Below, piece after piece: positions 1 through 13,590 of a stretch of 64,000 nt of DNA (its first letter is position 1; each line of letters opens with the position of its first letter). Both the position numbers and the translations under genes were made by a program. The DNA comes from the human T2T-CHM13v2.0 reference genome, Homo sapiens, in NCBI RefSeq assembly GCF_009914755.1, contig NC_060927.1. One strand, 5' to 3'. The notes under the pieces are model-generated. The model was not told the origin of the DNA. It was given only the letters and a program-made list of their open reading frames with translations, and did no database searches.

Positions 1-1622
<1,622 letters not shown>

Positions 1623-1685
1623 TATGATGTTAGCTGGTTATTTTGCTCATTAGTTGGTGTAGCTTCTTCCTAGTCTCGATGGTCT

Positions 1686-2702
1686 TTACATTTTGGCATG
1701 ATTTTGCAGCGGCTGGTACCGGTTTTTCCTTTCCATGTTTAATGCTTCCTTCAGGAGGTCTTTTAGGGCAGGCCTGGTGGTGACAAAATCTCTCAGCATT
1801 TGCTTGTCTGTAGAGTATTTTATTTCTTCAATTATGAAGCTTAGTTTGGCTGGATATGAAATTCTGGGTTGAAAATTCTTTTCTTTAAGAATGTTGAATA
1901 TTGGCCCCCACTCTCTTCTGGCTTGTAGAGTTTCTGCCGAGAGATCCGCTGTTAGTCTGATGGGCTTCCCTTTGTGGGTAACCTGACCTTTCTCTCTGGC
2001 TGCCCTTAACGTTTTTTCCTTCATTTCAACTTTGGTGAATCTGACAATTACGTGTCTTGGAGTTGCTCTTCTCAAGGAGTATCTTTGTGGCGTTCTCTGT
2101 ATTTCCTGAATCTGAATGTTGGCCTGCCTTGCTAGATTGGGGAAGTTCTCCTGGATAATATCCTGCAGAGTGTTTTCCAACTTGGTTCCATTCTCCCCGT
2201 CACTTTCAGGTACACCAATCAGATGCAGATTTGATCTTTTCACATAGTCCCATATTTCTTGGAGGCTTTGTTCATTTCTTTTTATTCTTTTTTCTCTAAA
2301 CTTCCCTTCTTGCTTCATTTCATTCATTTCATCTTCCATCACTGATACCCTTTCTTCCAGTCAATCGCATCAGCTCCTGAGGCTTCTGCATTCTTCATGT
2401 AGTTCTTGAGCCTTGGCTTTCAGCTCCATCAGCTCCTTTAAGCACTTCTCTGTATTGGTTATTCTAGTTATATATTCGTCTAAATTTTCTTCAAAGTTTT
2501 CAACTTCTTTACCTTTGGTTTGAATTTCCTCCTGTGGCTTGGAGTAGTTTGATCAACTGAAGCCTTCTTCTCCTCTCAACTTGTCAAAGTCATTCTCCGT
2601 CCAGCTTTGTTCCATTGCTGGTGAGGAACTGCATTCCTTTGAAGGAGGAGAGGTGCTCTGCTTTTTCGAGTTACCAGTTTTTCTGCTCTGTTTTTTCCTC
2701 AT
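1686..2702 (-). pseudogene. L1 ORF1p, disrupted
   Basis: ATG at 2702 (MRKKQSRK...); in-frame TGA at 2553-2555 (codon 50, CpG decay of CGA); ORF track 1686..2342 gives the RRM/CTD part (NLHLIGVPE...YPAKLSF...HAKM). Confidence 0.93.
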
Positions 2703-3211
2703 CTTTGTGGTTTTATCTACTTTTGGTCTTTGATGATGGTGATGTACAGATGGGTTTTCAGTGTGGATGTCCTTTCTGTTTGTTAGTTTTCCTTTTAACA
2801 GACAGGACCCTCAGCTGCAGGTCTGTTGGAGTTTACTAAAGGTCCACTCTAGACCCTGTTTGCCTGGGTATCAGCAGCGGTGTCTGCAGAACCGCGGATT
2901 TTCGTGAACTGCGAATGCTGCTGTCTGATTGTTCCTCTGGAAGTTTTGTCTCAGAGGAGTACCCGGCCGTGTGAGGTGTCAGTCGGCCCCTACTAGGGGG
3001 TGCCTCCCAGTTAGGCTGCTCGGGGGTCAGGGGTCAGGGACCCACTTGAGGAAGCAGTCTGCCCGTTCTCAGATCTCCAGCTGTGTGCTGGGAGAACCAC
3101 TGCTCTCTTCAAAGCTCACATGGAAATGCAGAAATCACCTGTCTTCTGCGTCGCTCACGCTGGGAGCTGTAGACTGGAGCTGTTCCTATTTGGCCATCTT
3201 GGCTCCTCCCC

Positions 3212-4092
3212 TACAAGGGAATGTTTAAGTTTGCTGAGGCTGCACCCACAGCTGCCCCTTCCACCAGGTGCTCTGTCCCAGGGAGATGGGAGTTTTATCT
3301 ATAAGCTCCTGACTGGGGCTGCTGCCCTTCTTTCAGAGATGCCCTGCCCAAAGAGGAGCAATCTAGACAGGCAGTCTGGCTACCACGGCTTTGTGGAGCT
3401 GAACATCCCAGTGGCTTTGTTTACACTGTGAGGGGAAAACTGCCTACACAAGCCACAGTAATGACAGGCACCCCTCCCCCCGCCAAGCTCAAGCATCCCA
3501 GGTCAACTTCAGACTGCTGTGCTGTCAGTGAGAATTTCAAGCCAGTGGATCTTAGCTTGCTGGGCTGTGTGGAGGTGGGTCTGCTGAGCTAGACCCCTTG
3601 GCTCCCTGGCTTCAGCCCCTTTTCCAGGGGAGTGAATGGTTCTATCTCACTGGTGTTCCAGGTGCCACTGGGGTATGAAAAAAAAAACTGCAGCTAGCTC
3701 AGTATCTGCCCAAACGGCTGCCCAGTTTTGTGCTTGAAACTCAGGGCCCTGGTGGTGTAGGCACCTGAGGGAATCTCCTGGTCTGCGGGTTGCCAAGACC
3801 ATGGGAAAAGTGTAATATCTGGGCCAGAGTGTACTGTTCCTCATGGCACAATCCCTCACGGCTTCCATTGGCTAGGGGAGGGAATTCCCTGACCCCTAGT
3901 GCTTCCCAGGTGAGGTGACACCCCACCCTGCTTCTGCTCACCCTCCATGGGCTGCACCCACTGTCTAACCAGTCTCAGTGAGATGAGCCGGGTACCTCAT
4001 TTGGAAATGGAGAAATTTCCCAACTTCCGGGTTGATGTCTCTGGGAGCTGTGGACTGGAGCTCTTCCTATTCGGCCACCTTGCCAGCCACCT
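3212..4092 (-). mobile_element. 5'UTR of an older L1 (L1PA7/8-like), interrupted by the younger L1
   Basis: Diagnostic older-UTR sequence (gggagatgggagttttatctataagc...; ggtacctcatttggaaatg); 5' end near 4092; YY1 motif mutated to AAGGTGGCC. Confidence 0.85.
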
Positions 4093-4575
4093 CTATGTAT
4101 CATGTTTTGTTAATCATTCATCTGTGGACATTTGATTTGTTTCTACCTTTTGAATATTATCAATAATGCTGCTATGAAAATTAGTGTACAAATATCTGAT
4201 CAAGTCCTTGCTTTCAATTATTTGGGGTATATATACCTGGGAGTGGAATTGTTGGGTCATATGACAATTCTATGCTTAACTTTTTGAGGAACCACAAAAG
4301 TGGTTTCCACTTTTTGAGGAACCACAAAATTGATGGTGTAATCATGAAGGAGTTGGTCCCTGGAGCCTGTGTCTGAGAGGTCTTGGAGGTGAAGTTGTGA
4401 GAAGGTATCAGGGGTGGTGAGAGAGAGACCCAAATGGCTGGACACAGGATGACCTTATAAAGTGCAGCCTTTATGTGGCTTTATTTACAATTTACAATTT
4501 AATATTTACACTTTTCCTCCTTTCTGATTTCCACAAAATGCAGCTGTACCTTTTTACATTCCCACCAGCCATGCT
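4093..4575 (-). mobile_element. Old L1M (L1MB-like) 3' fragment, interrupted at 4331-4530
   Basis: ataatgctgctatgaa...gagtggaattgttgggtcatatg...tttttgaggaacc; resumes as gcagctgtacctttttacattcccaccagc. Confidence 0.75.
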
Positions 4576-5404
4576 GACTGATGTTCTTTTTAATAGTCTA
4601 GATTATTAACACCATTGTAACACACCCAACAGGAATCTAAGAGGATGATCTATTTGAACAGGAGAAGAGACCAGGGCCAGGTAGCTACTGCATATCCTTT
4701 GTATGCAGAACATCCATCAATCATTAAAGAAACAGCCCTAGAAGTGAATTTAGGATTTGATGTTTCAGAACACTTTAGAAAAACTAAGGAACTCATTATA
4801 TTCTCAGCAAGTATGAATTCATGGGGATCCAGAACCCTCTTTCTAATGTAGTCTCTTGTTAGACCGTCACTCATGGCCAAACACACAGATGTTCCAGCCA
4901 AACTATATTGCATTTTTAATACATTTATATATTCAGTAATCATGTCCCAGCTAAAGTCCCCAGTTAGTGCACTCTGCTCCCGGTGAACTAAGTCACCTGG
5001 TGGTTTTTTGCATTGAGTTAGGAAGCATCTCATTATTCAAACTGCAAGTAGCCCTTGGCCTCACTTAGAGGCTTAACTCCAAGTTTCCACATTACTCTTC
5101 ACTGTGGAAGGGGCAATATTAAGGCTGTGTCCTCCAGGAGTCTGGGCAAGGCCCACATGATCTCTGATCTCTGACAGGGACCCTCCTCTGTGAGACCAGT
5201 TGACAAGTGGGAGGAGCTTAATGAACTTCCTGGTAAAGCTTCACTTGGGTTTGCTAGGCCACCTCCACACAAAGGCTGTGCTTTACAAGGTCGTCCTGTG
5301 TCCAGCCCTTTAGGTCTCTCCCGCAACACCACTGATACCTTCTCACACCTTCACCTCCAAGATCCCCTAGACACAGACCCCAGGAACTAACCCCTTTCTG
5401 ATTA
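4339..5404. repeat. Local inverted repeat: ~140-bp arms at 4339-4478 and 5265-5404
   Basis: tcttggaggtgaagttgtgagaaggtatcag...ggctggacacaggatgaccttataaag is the reverse complement (roughly 80% identity by eye) of ctttacaaggtcgtcctgtgtccagcc...ctgataccttctcacaccttcacctccaaga. Confidence 0.9.
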
Positions 5405-6142
5405 GGGACAGAAAGTGTCTAAGAACTGTCCTGTGACACAGACAGCCCCGGGAGGGATCCCACACAGCCAAACAGTATATGAATCTGGAATAAGCTCCAG
5501 CCACCACACATGGTGTCAGGTGTCCCTTATTTGTATACCCTTTGGCTGTGCTGGTCACCCTTACAGGGCCTGCCAAAAAAATGATCGACGCCCCTCCTCA
5601 GGAATGCTCTAGTTTTGAATCATTTTTATTGTGGGAGAGGTGGGCAGGTTGTATAACTGCAGACAGATGAGCCTTCCAAGAGTGGCCCATTTCGAAGGCA
5701 TTGGGTAGAGGGCCAAGAAAACAAAGAGGCAATTTCCTATAGCCACATCAGAGAAATGTTGGGCAGGTTGCATCTAAACAGTTGCAAAGAGCTTGGGAAA
5801 CACCAGGCCACAGGCAAACCACAGCCATGAATAATTACACCCCCACAGTCTCAGTGTGAGGAGGGTTCCCACCGTCTCAGGACAGAGCTCCTAGCTCAGC
5901 ATGCGGTCTCCAAGCCAGGCCAGAATGTTGGGAAAGGGAGGGTGACTGGAAGCTAGATAGAACCCTGGGGAAGGGGCACTGTCTAGTCAGGAACAGAAGA
6001 GCATTGCAAGTACCAGGAGGCACTGGCAACCAGACAACAGGCAGAAATGCCCAAGAGATGCTGCAGGGCACATGTGGTATATTGGAAAGGGCATTGTTTG
6101 GGGGTTGGCCAAACATGGTTTCAAATTCCAGCTCCGCTACTG

Positions 6143-6530
6143 CCTTATTTTGAGATTCCCCCAGACACAGACTGTGAAACAAGGAGTTGGAGGCTGACTT
6201 GGTAGAAGACCCCAAGAAACATCAGTCAGGAGTGGAAAGTGAGGGGAGGCATAAGTTAGAGTGAATTATGAAACAGTTACCACTCCAGGAAGTGAGGCTC
6301 AGAGATGTTCCCACTCCCAGCCAGAGGCAACAACTGGGATATGTGTCCTCCAACACCCTTCCATCATCGGTTGAGGACATTCACTCTCTGGCACTTCAAC
6401 TCGTCCTGTGTCCCTTGGAAAGGCAGGGGAACCCTGAGGCAGAAAGTTCGGGGGATTTCCCTTAGCATTTTTCAGTGTGGAAAGGTGAATGTTGAGGGGA
6501 TACCCACGGGCCCTGACAGAGTCTGCCGTA
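6143..6530 (-). mobile_element. ERVL solo LTR (LTR16/LTR33-like)
   Basis: Begins with the reverse complement of the family 3' end (gattcccccagacacagactgtgaaacaagga); highly diverged. Confidence 0.5.
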
Positions 6531-7057
6531 CCCACTTACTAGCCCTGTGACCTTGGGCAGCCCAATATCACGCCTGTAAGCCCTGCTCTCCTGATGGGTG
6601 AAGTACAGATAAAAACCCACATTCTTCTGAGGAAAGTGGGTCCTGTTCAATGGAGGGTCCCCAGTTCTGCCAACAACCTATGGGCTTGGTTTGGCTCCTT
6701 GGGTCTAAAGGCAGCAGCTCTGTAGGGTGAAGGAGAATTGAGAGCTTCTGGAGCAATCCAGAGGGATGGGGTGTAGAAACAGAGACAATGGGAAGAGAAG
6801 AGAGGGAAGGGGAGGTCACAGAGACCGCAAGGACATGTGATTCCCAGAACCCAGAGGTCTGCAAAACTTGAGATGTTGGTGGGAGTGGCTCTCTTTGGAC
6901 ACCTGTGAAAGGGCTGTGTTCTGAGACCAGGCTGATTCAAGTACAAATAAGAACAGTATGTCTGGATGGATGAGCCAAGAACACAGAAACCTAAAGGTCC
7001 CTAGGAATTAGTGGAGATTCTGGGGAGGTCTTTGGACCTCTCTAGGCTGCAGAGTTC

Positions 7058-7470
7058 ATGGAAGTCCAATTGCCCCAAAAGCAGCCTCTGAGATGAGAAC
7101 TTGGGTGTACATGTGTTTTTTGTGGAGGGGAATCCAGGGAAGGGAGTGTGTTAGTGAGTGGGTCTCCACGGTGGGCAACTAGGGCTCCACCCTTAGAGGG
7201 ATCCTCTGAGGAACTGTGCAGAATGCACCTCAGAACTGTCCCACAGGGACAGAAGGTCGGATGTCTAACTGCAGAGCCCCCGGTTGACAGCTGTCCCTGG
7301 AGGTGCAAACACGCAGGCTGAGCAAACTCCTGTGGTGCAAGATGAAGCCTCCTGTGAAGAGAAAGAGGATGCAGGCACTGGAGGAGGCAGCTGTCAGCAT
7401 GTAGGGAGTGTCCCCGGGCAGCATGGGACACCAAGATGGGCCTGGGGAACCGCAGCATCTGCTCCACCCA
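7058..7470 (-). mobile_element. ERVL solo LTR (LTR16/LTR33-like)
   Basis: ccccaaaagcagcctctgagatgagaacttgggtgtacatg...gcagcatctgctccac. Confidence 0.55.
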
Positions 7471-7782
7471 CCTAGAGCACTGGGACAAGATTGTCTCAGC
7501 AGCACATGGGGCACAAAAATAATGACTCCTCCAAACAGCAAAGGTGCTTGGGGGCTGGTGGCTTTTGTGACAGTGGAGCTGCAGCCCCAGGTGAAGCCCA
7601 AGGAGTTCAAATATTTTAGAAGGCAGGCTGGCTGGGACTGCATGGAAGCTCATCCGTGCATGGGAAGGTGCTGTAGCTGCCATTCCCCAGCCACCACCCC
7701 CTACCCCCCACCAAAGAGGGGCAGGGGAGGCCAGCAAGGATTTCTAGTCCTTTCCTCCAGTTATTTCAAAAGAAAACAAACA

Positions 7783-8133
<351 letters not shown>

Positions 8134-8139
8134 CTATAT

Positions 8140-8625
8140 CCTTTAGGATTAAGTTAGTCTGTTAGTAACAAGAGACTCAAAGCCTCGTGGCTCAGACAAG
8201 ATAAAAGATTATTCCTCTCTCTCTCTAGTAAAAGGCTGGAGCTTCTAGTTGGGGGCTAAGGAACAAAGTCTTCAGGGACCCAGGCTCCTTCTGGCTCCCT
8301 GCAGTGCCACCAGGTGTGGTCTTCCCCTCGCGGTCCAAGCTGATGGCTCTCACACCCCATCCCAGCCATAAGAGCCATAAGAAGGGATCAAGAGAAAGGA
8401 AGGAAGGGCAAAGCGCAGCACCCACTGTTTTACAGGACGATTCCCAGAAGTCACCATGCTGTAATTCCAGTTACACCCCGTTAGCCTGATCTGAATGCAT
8501 GGCCACACCCATCTTCAGAAGTGGTTGAGAAGCGTAGTCTGTTTCCTGTGTGACTGTGTGCCCAGCTAGAAATTCTGTTACTGAGGGAGAAGGGGAAAGT
8601 GGATATCAGGTTCTATCAGCCACCT
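8140..8625 (-). mobile_element. MaLR LTR (MLT1J/K-like)
   Basis: gtaacaagagactcaaagcctcgtggctcagacaagata...catggccacaccc...gtgcccagctagaaattctgttact. Confidence 0.55.
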
Positions 8626-8792
8626 CTGCAGCAGCAACCTTGCTAATCACCTTACAGGTCAGGATGCTGAGCCAAAGGCCATCAAGTTTATATTGGGAAC
8701 ATAGATTATATCCTACATACAGCATGTTCTAAGCAATACAATACAATTCAGCCCGCTCCAGTATGTCCCACCCCACACAATGGGCTAACCCT

Positions 8793-9240
8793 TGCAGCAG
8801 ACACTATGCCCCACCCCATATCCCCTCAGCCACCTGAGTTAATCTGCAGCTGTGGGAGACAGTTCCTGCATGACAGCTGCCACCTTCTCTACCTGAAACT
8901 TTCTCCAGTGCCATGAGAGCTTGCTGTGTCACAAGCAGGCACAACTGAAGTTTGGAGGCATTGATATTCCTGGAGCAACCCTCAAATGGGGATGCTGAGA
9001 GTCGATGGGTGTATGTTCCAGCCACCCCAGCCTGCACTGGGACAATTCTAAGTGTGTTCAGCATGGTTTCTCAGACAGGCCCCAGCAGAACTGAGCCCCA
9101 GTTCTCCAGTTACCACATCCATTCTTGTATTTTCTCCTTCCCTGTCCCACTCACCCTACTCCCTTACCCCTCCCAATAAACTCCCTGAACACAGGTGCTT
9201 ATTTCAGGGTCTGCCTTGAGAAAAAACCCAAACAAAGATA
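8793..9240 (+). mobile_element. ERVL solo LTR (LTR33-like)
   Basis: gcagcagacactatgccccaccccatatcccc...cccaataaactcc...cagggtctgcc...cccaaacaaagata. Confidence 0.65.
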
Positions 9241-10119
9241 CCTTTGGATGCCTTCCCTGTAATCATCCACATAGTTAGTGGCTAAATTAGAATTGGAACT
9301 TAGATCCCTAGACTTTTAGAACAGATGTTCTTTCCATAGTCCTGGAACAAGAATACGGGGGAATTTTTAAGAACCAGTACCTTGTCAACAAATTACAGTC
9401 CTGAAATTGTTGCTCTGGTTTCTGAATCAAATCATTGGCCCACAAAGAATGAATGGAGCAGATTAAAACGCAATAAAGATTCAGTCCACGTATTAAAGAT
9501 AATAGCCAGGACTGGTTTTGTTAATGAATGGAGCCTGCGCCTCCTCCTGCCCCAGCAATTCTGGGAATGGTTGTTTGATTTGGTTTATTGGTTTCTTTCT
9601 TTATGAGAATGCTGTGCACATTGGTAGGAGCTGCTACTCTCAGAGGGCAAAAGCTCCACCCATAAACACAAAAGACTATGCTCTCTGACAAAAGGCCACG
9701 GCAGTGAGAAACCCTTTGGGGAACTGCCAAAGTCATCTATAACCTAAAGATCATCTGTTGACCCTGTGGCATAGGAGGGGACCCCACAGCCCTCCACAGT
9801 AAAACCCTGCCATCCATTTCCTGTCAAATACGTGTGCAAGTAAACTGAGGCAAATGACTGAGAGGTTGCCAGGAATCCAGGGATGGGATTACTGCCTGGG
9901 AAAGGAGCAGAAGGGGGTAACACTCAGGCTGGGCCAGATGGAAAGCCCGGTAGAGTATGGCCTTGAGATCTGGCCCTGCCCCATCCCAAGCCACTGCCCC
10001 TGAGCCCCTGTAGCCCTGGCTCTAGGTTGCTGCCTGTGAGCACAGGCTCACACACTGTCCCCATTCAGAATTGGTGTCTCCAGCATTAATAATAATAGTA
10101 ATAGTTTTATTATAAGCAC

Positions 10120-10340
10120 AGTAATAACAACAGTATCAACTGTTTCTGCTCTTTTTGGCTCAGTGTGTACATAACAACAGCTTTCCAGTTAATATTCCCT
10201 TTAAGCCTGATAACAATCCTTATTTTACAGATGTAAAAACTGAGCATCAGCAAGGCCAAGTGACTTGGTCAAAGCCATGTAGCTAATCGAACCAGCCCAT
10301 CTGCACCCCAGGCCATGTTTCTGACACCATGCCACGCTGT
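10120..10340. mobile_element. MIR SINE remnant
   Basis: MIR core attttacagatgtaaaaactgagcatcag...aagtgacttggtcaaagcca. Confidence 0.65.
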
Positions 10341-11509
10341 CCCCTGGTTGGCTTTATGTGGCCATCAGCTATTATAGTGTCCAGGCCCCAACACAATCGT
10401 CATTTTGACTCTTGCCAGTGAAGACCTGGTTACCCGATCCCCTGCCCACCGCCTCACCACCACTCCTCTCCAGCAATGTAAGGTACTCTGAGAGATGGTT
10501 CAGAACGGTCTCGCCTATCACGAGACTGAGCTGTACAGGTGAAACAAGGCAAGGCCCTTCATTCCTTGGAATGCAGAGGTTCTGAAGATGTGGCATACCT
10601 GGGCTGAGGCAGTGGGGTGAGATCGGAACTGGGGTCCTCTCATTCCTTGCCTCTTCCAGGAAAGCCTGCTTGCTGCTCCAAAAGGACATTGGGCAAAACA
10701 GTGGGAAACCAGGTCCAGGATTGCAAAGTGGCTTTGAAGGGCCCAAGACCCTTCAAGCAAGCAGCCGTCCACACTCATCAAATGGGCAGGGAGGGCTTCT
10801 ACACTGGGTGGTTCCAGCTGTCCTTTTTCGGGGGCACACTGAGCAATACTTTAACCCTGCATTAAGATTTCTCAGAACACCCAAAGGAAGCCCCCTTGGT
10901 GAAATTAGGGCTGATGAATGAGAAGAAAGAAATAATAAAAATGGGGGAGGAAAGATTCTAAAATGATCTGGGATTCATTTCTTGGAGACAGCAGACTCCT
11001 TAAATTTTTATACATGGCAATGTGGTGATTAAGTGCTGCTGCCACCAGTAGCTTACAGGAATGAGCAGAGAGACGGAGCTGGGGACAGCGGGTGGCGCAT
11101 CTGACCGGGTGTGAGTGATGGAGGCCGTACCTGGTGAGCGGCCTTGCACCACGATGGGACCGACTTCCACTGGTCTGAACTCCAAGGACATCTCCGTGCT
11201 CCTTTGTGCTCTCTCCTGCATTCCAAATCATGGGTCATAAATCTTCTGGCTCCTGCCTATTTTCTATTTAAAGTGTGTGTGGCGGTGGGAGGGTGGATAG
11301 CATACTGCATCTTGGCTGTTTCTTAATAAAATGGGCAGGTTGGTGAATGTTCATGCATATGAAGGACCAGAGGAGTGACTGGAGCCAGGGTTTTCCTAAT
11401 GCTATTAAAAGACCAGTGAACAGAGGGCTGTCTGCCGGCAGTGTCCAGAAAACGGACACAGTAGCTAATGAGCCTGTGATGGATAGGGGCTGACTCACTG
11501 GCAGCTGAG

Positions 11510-11902
11510 TGCAGTCCCAGAGGGGCCAGTGGCCGGAAGATGTGACTTTCCTGCAAAAGCAACAGGTATGAGCTTCCCAGACCACAATGCAGAACATGCA
11601 GAAGTAAAGGTTTCTTGGTTTCTTTGTAGCAGAACTAAGCATGGCCCTACACAGGGATGACATTCAGATTTTATGTACCAGTAACAAGAGGCCAAGCTCC
11701 AATGCACAAGCACTTTGCAAGTCCTGCTTGCGGAACATTTGCTGATGACTCATTGGTCAGTGTCATGTGGTCAAGCCCATATTCCAGGGGTGGAGAAATA
11801 AATGCCACTTCTTTATTGACGAGAAGTGGTAAAGTCACATTGCAAAGGGGCACAGTACAGGGTAGAATTATTTTTAGCCATGTTTGCAAACAATCTACCA
11901 CA
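11510..11902 (-). mobile_element. MaLR LTR (MLT1H/I-like)
   Basis: cattggtcagtgtcatgtggtcaagccc...aaagtcacattgcaaagggg...tttgcaaacaatctaccaca. Confidence 0.55.
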
Positions 11903-12009
11903 TAGCAGTTCTTGCCTCCAAGATTTTGAAGTATTCTCAGATTATTTTTGTCTCACTACAGTTCATCACTCACTTTGGTTCAGATTTATGTTTTGAAAGT
12001 CACTCTAAG

Positions 12010-12460
12010 TGAAATTAATGGCAGCAATGTTACAAGGGAGGGGAGTGAGGACTTACGAATACTCTGTGGTAAGGCACCTGCACTACCTGTGAAGCGGTAT
12101 AGTGTTATCTGAATGTGGACTTTGATTAGTTGTAAGTACATATTGTAAACTCTGGGGCAAACAATAAGAACTTTAAAAAAATAAGTATAATTGATATGCT
12201 AAGAGATAAAATAGAATCACATAAAATGCTCAGTTAACATCAGAGAAGGCAGAAAAAGAGGGGAAGATTTTTTTAAAGCACCAAAGAACAAGAACAACAC
12301 ATAGAAAACAGTTACAAATGCAATAGTTATTAATCCAGCTATGTCAATAACCACTTTAAATAGAAGTGGTGTAAATATAACAATTAAAGGGCAGGCTGAC
12401 AAAGTGGATTAAAAAAAAACAAGACACAACTATATGGTGTTTATAAGAAATCCACTATAA
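12010..12460 (+). mobile_element. Old L1 (L1MC/MD-like) inter-ORF/ORF2-start fragment
   Basis: gtgaagcggtatagtgttatctgaa...atccagctatgtcaataaccactttaaa...caactatatggtgtttataagaaatccact. Confidence 0.65.
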
Positions 12461-13189
12461 GTGTTTCGGAAGATCACTCTAGAGTCTTCACTCCTGTGCT
12501 CAACAACCTCTGATATCTTCCATAACCCCACAGGTCCAAGCTTGCTAGCATGACACTTAGTGTGTCTCACAACCTGGCCTTCACCTGCCTTCTCAGCTCC
12601 ACTCACCTACACCCCAGAACCCTAACTAATCGCCACACGTGTCTTCACGCCTCCATGCATTTTCGTCTTCTCTTTCCACCTGGAAAGTATCCATGGACTC
12701 ATGACATGTAAGAATTTAATTGACAAAAAATGTCTTGCTGAAAGAGAGAGAAAAAGAGAAAATTTTAGGCACTGTCAGTGATACTAAGCTGAATGGGATT
12801 CTAGTATCAAAAGTGTACTTTCTGTCATATGTAAGTTTTCACCTTTTGTGCCAGCTTTGGACCCTCCCTCTTCCAGTTATGCATCATTCTGTTGTGCCAC
12901 ACATCCTTCAAGCCCAGCAGACACATGCCTCCCTCCCCCTGAAGACTTTCTGTATGCCCAGGCTGAGTTTGTTCTTCTCTCCTCTGTGTTCTTATGACAA
13001 TTTGTGTCTCCAGCTGTTCTAGCACTGCCCCATCCGATGGTAATCATCTTTTTCAAGTAGACTGAGAGATCTCTGGAAAGAGAAAGGATATATTTTCAGC
13101 TCGGGATTCTCTTGATTTCCCTTCCCCTCTCCGTGTCCAGTAGCTGGAACCTAGTAGGGGATCATGGCAGGATGGAGGGATGGATGGAG

Positions 13190-13590
13190 GGATCTTATTT
13201 AGATGACCCAAAAGCAGACCCAACATAAGGACTTGGGTGCAGGCAGTTTCTCTAAGAGGTGATTTCAGGAAGCAGAAATGAGTGGGGAAAGTAAGAGAAG
13301 GAAGGGAGAAAAGTGAATAAAGACTATATTAATAAATGGGTTGTCATGGAGAAAACAGAAGGGCTCAGGCCCACTGGGGACTCCCTGAGGATGGACCATA
13401 TGGAATGGTCTCAGAGAGGTCTCCGAGCAGAATAAGGAGTTGGGACATTTCTGTACCTCTTCCCATCTCTCATTGGTTGGTGTAACTGCCCTACTATCAT
13501 TCACTTCAGATCTCTCCTGCTTGCAGCCAAGACCCTTCCTGTGGCATGGAAGCCCTCAGGCAGGGAATCAACAGCATCTGCTGCAGATGT
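13190..13590 (-). mobile_element. ERVL solo LTR (LTR16/LTR33-like)
   Basis: cccaaaagcagacccaacataaggacttgggtgcaggcagttt...aacagcatctgctgca. Confidence 0.55.

Noticed and set aside
4650-5033. 127-aa ORF between the inverted repeat arms as a possible transposase
   Set aside because: No DDE, HTH or zinc-finger features; the left arm sits inside an interrupted L1 with its own flanking repeats, which fits a templated insertion better
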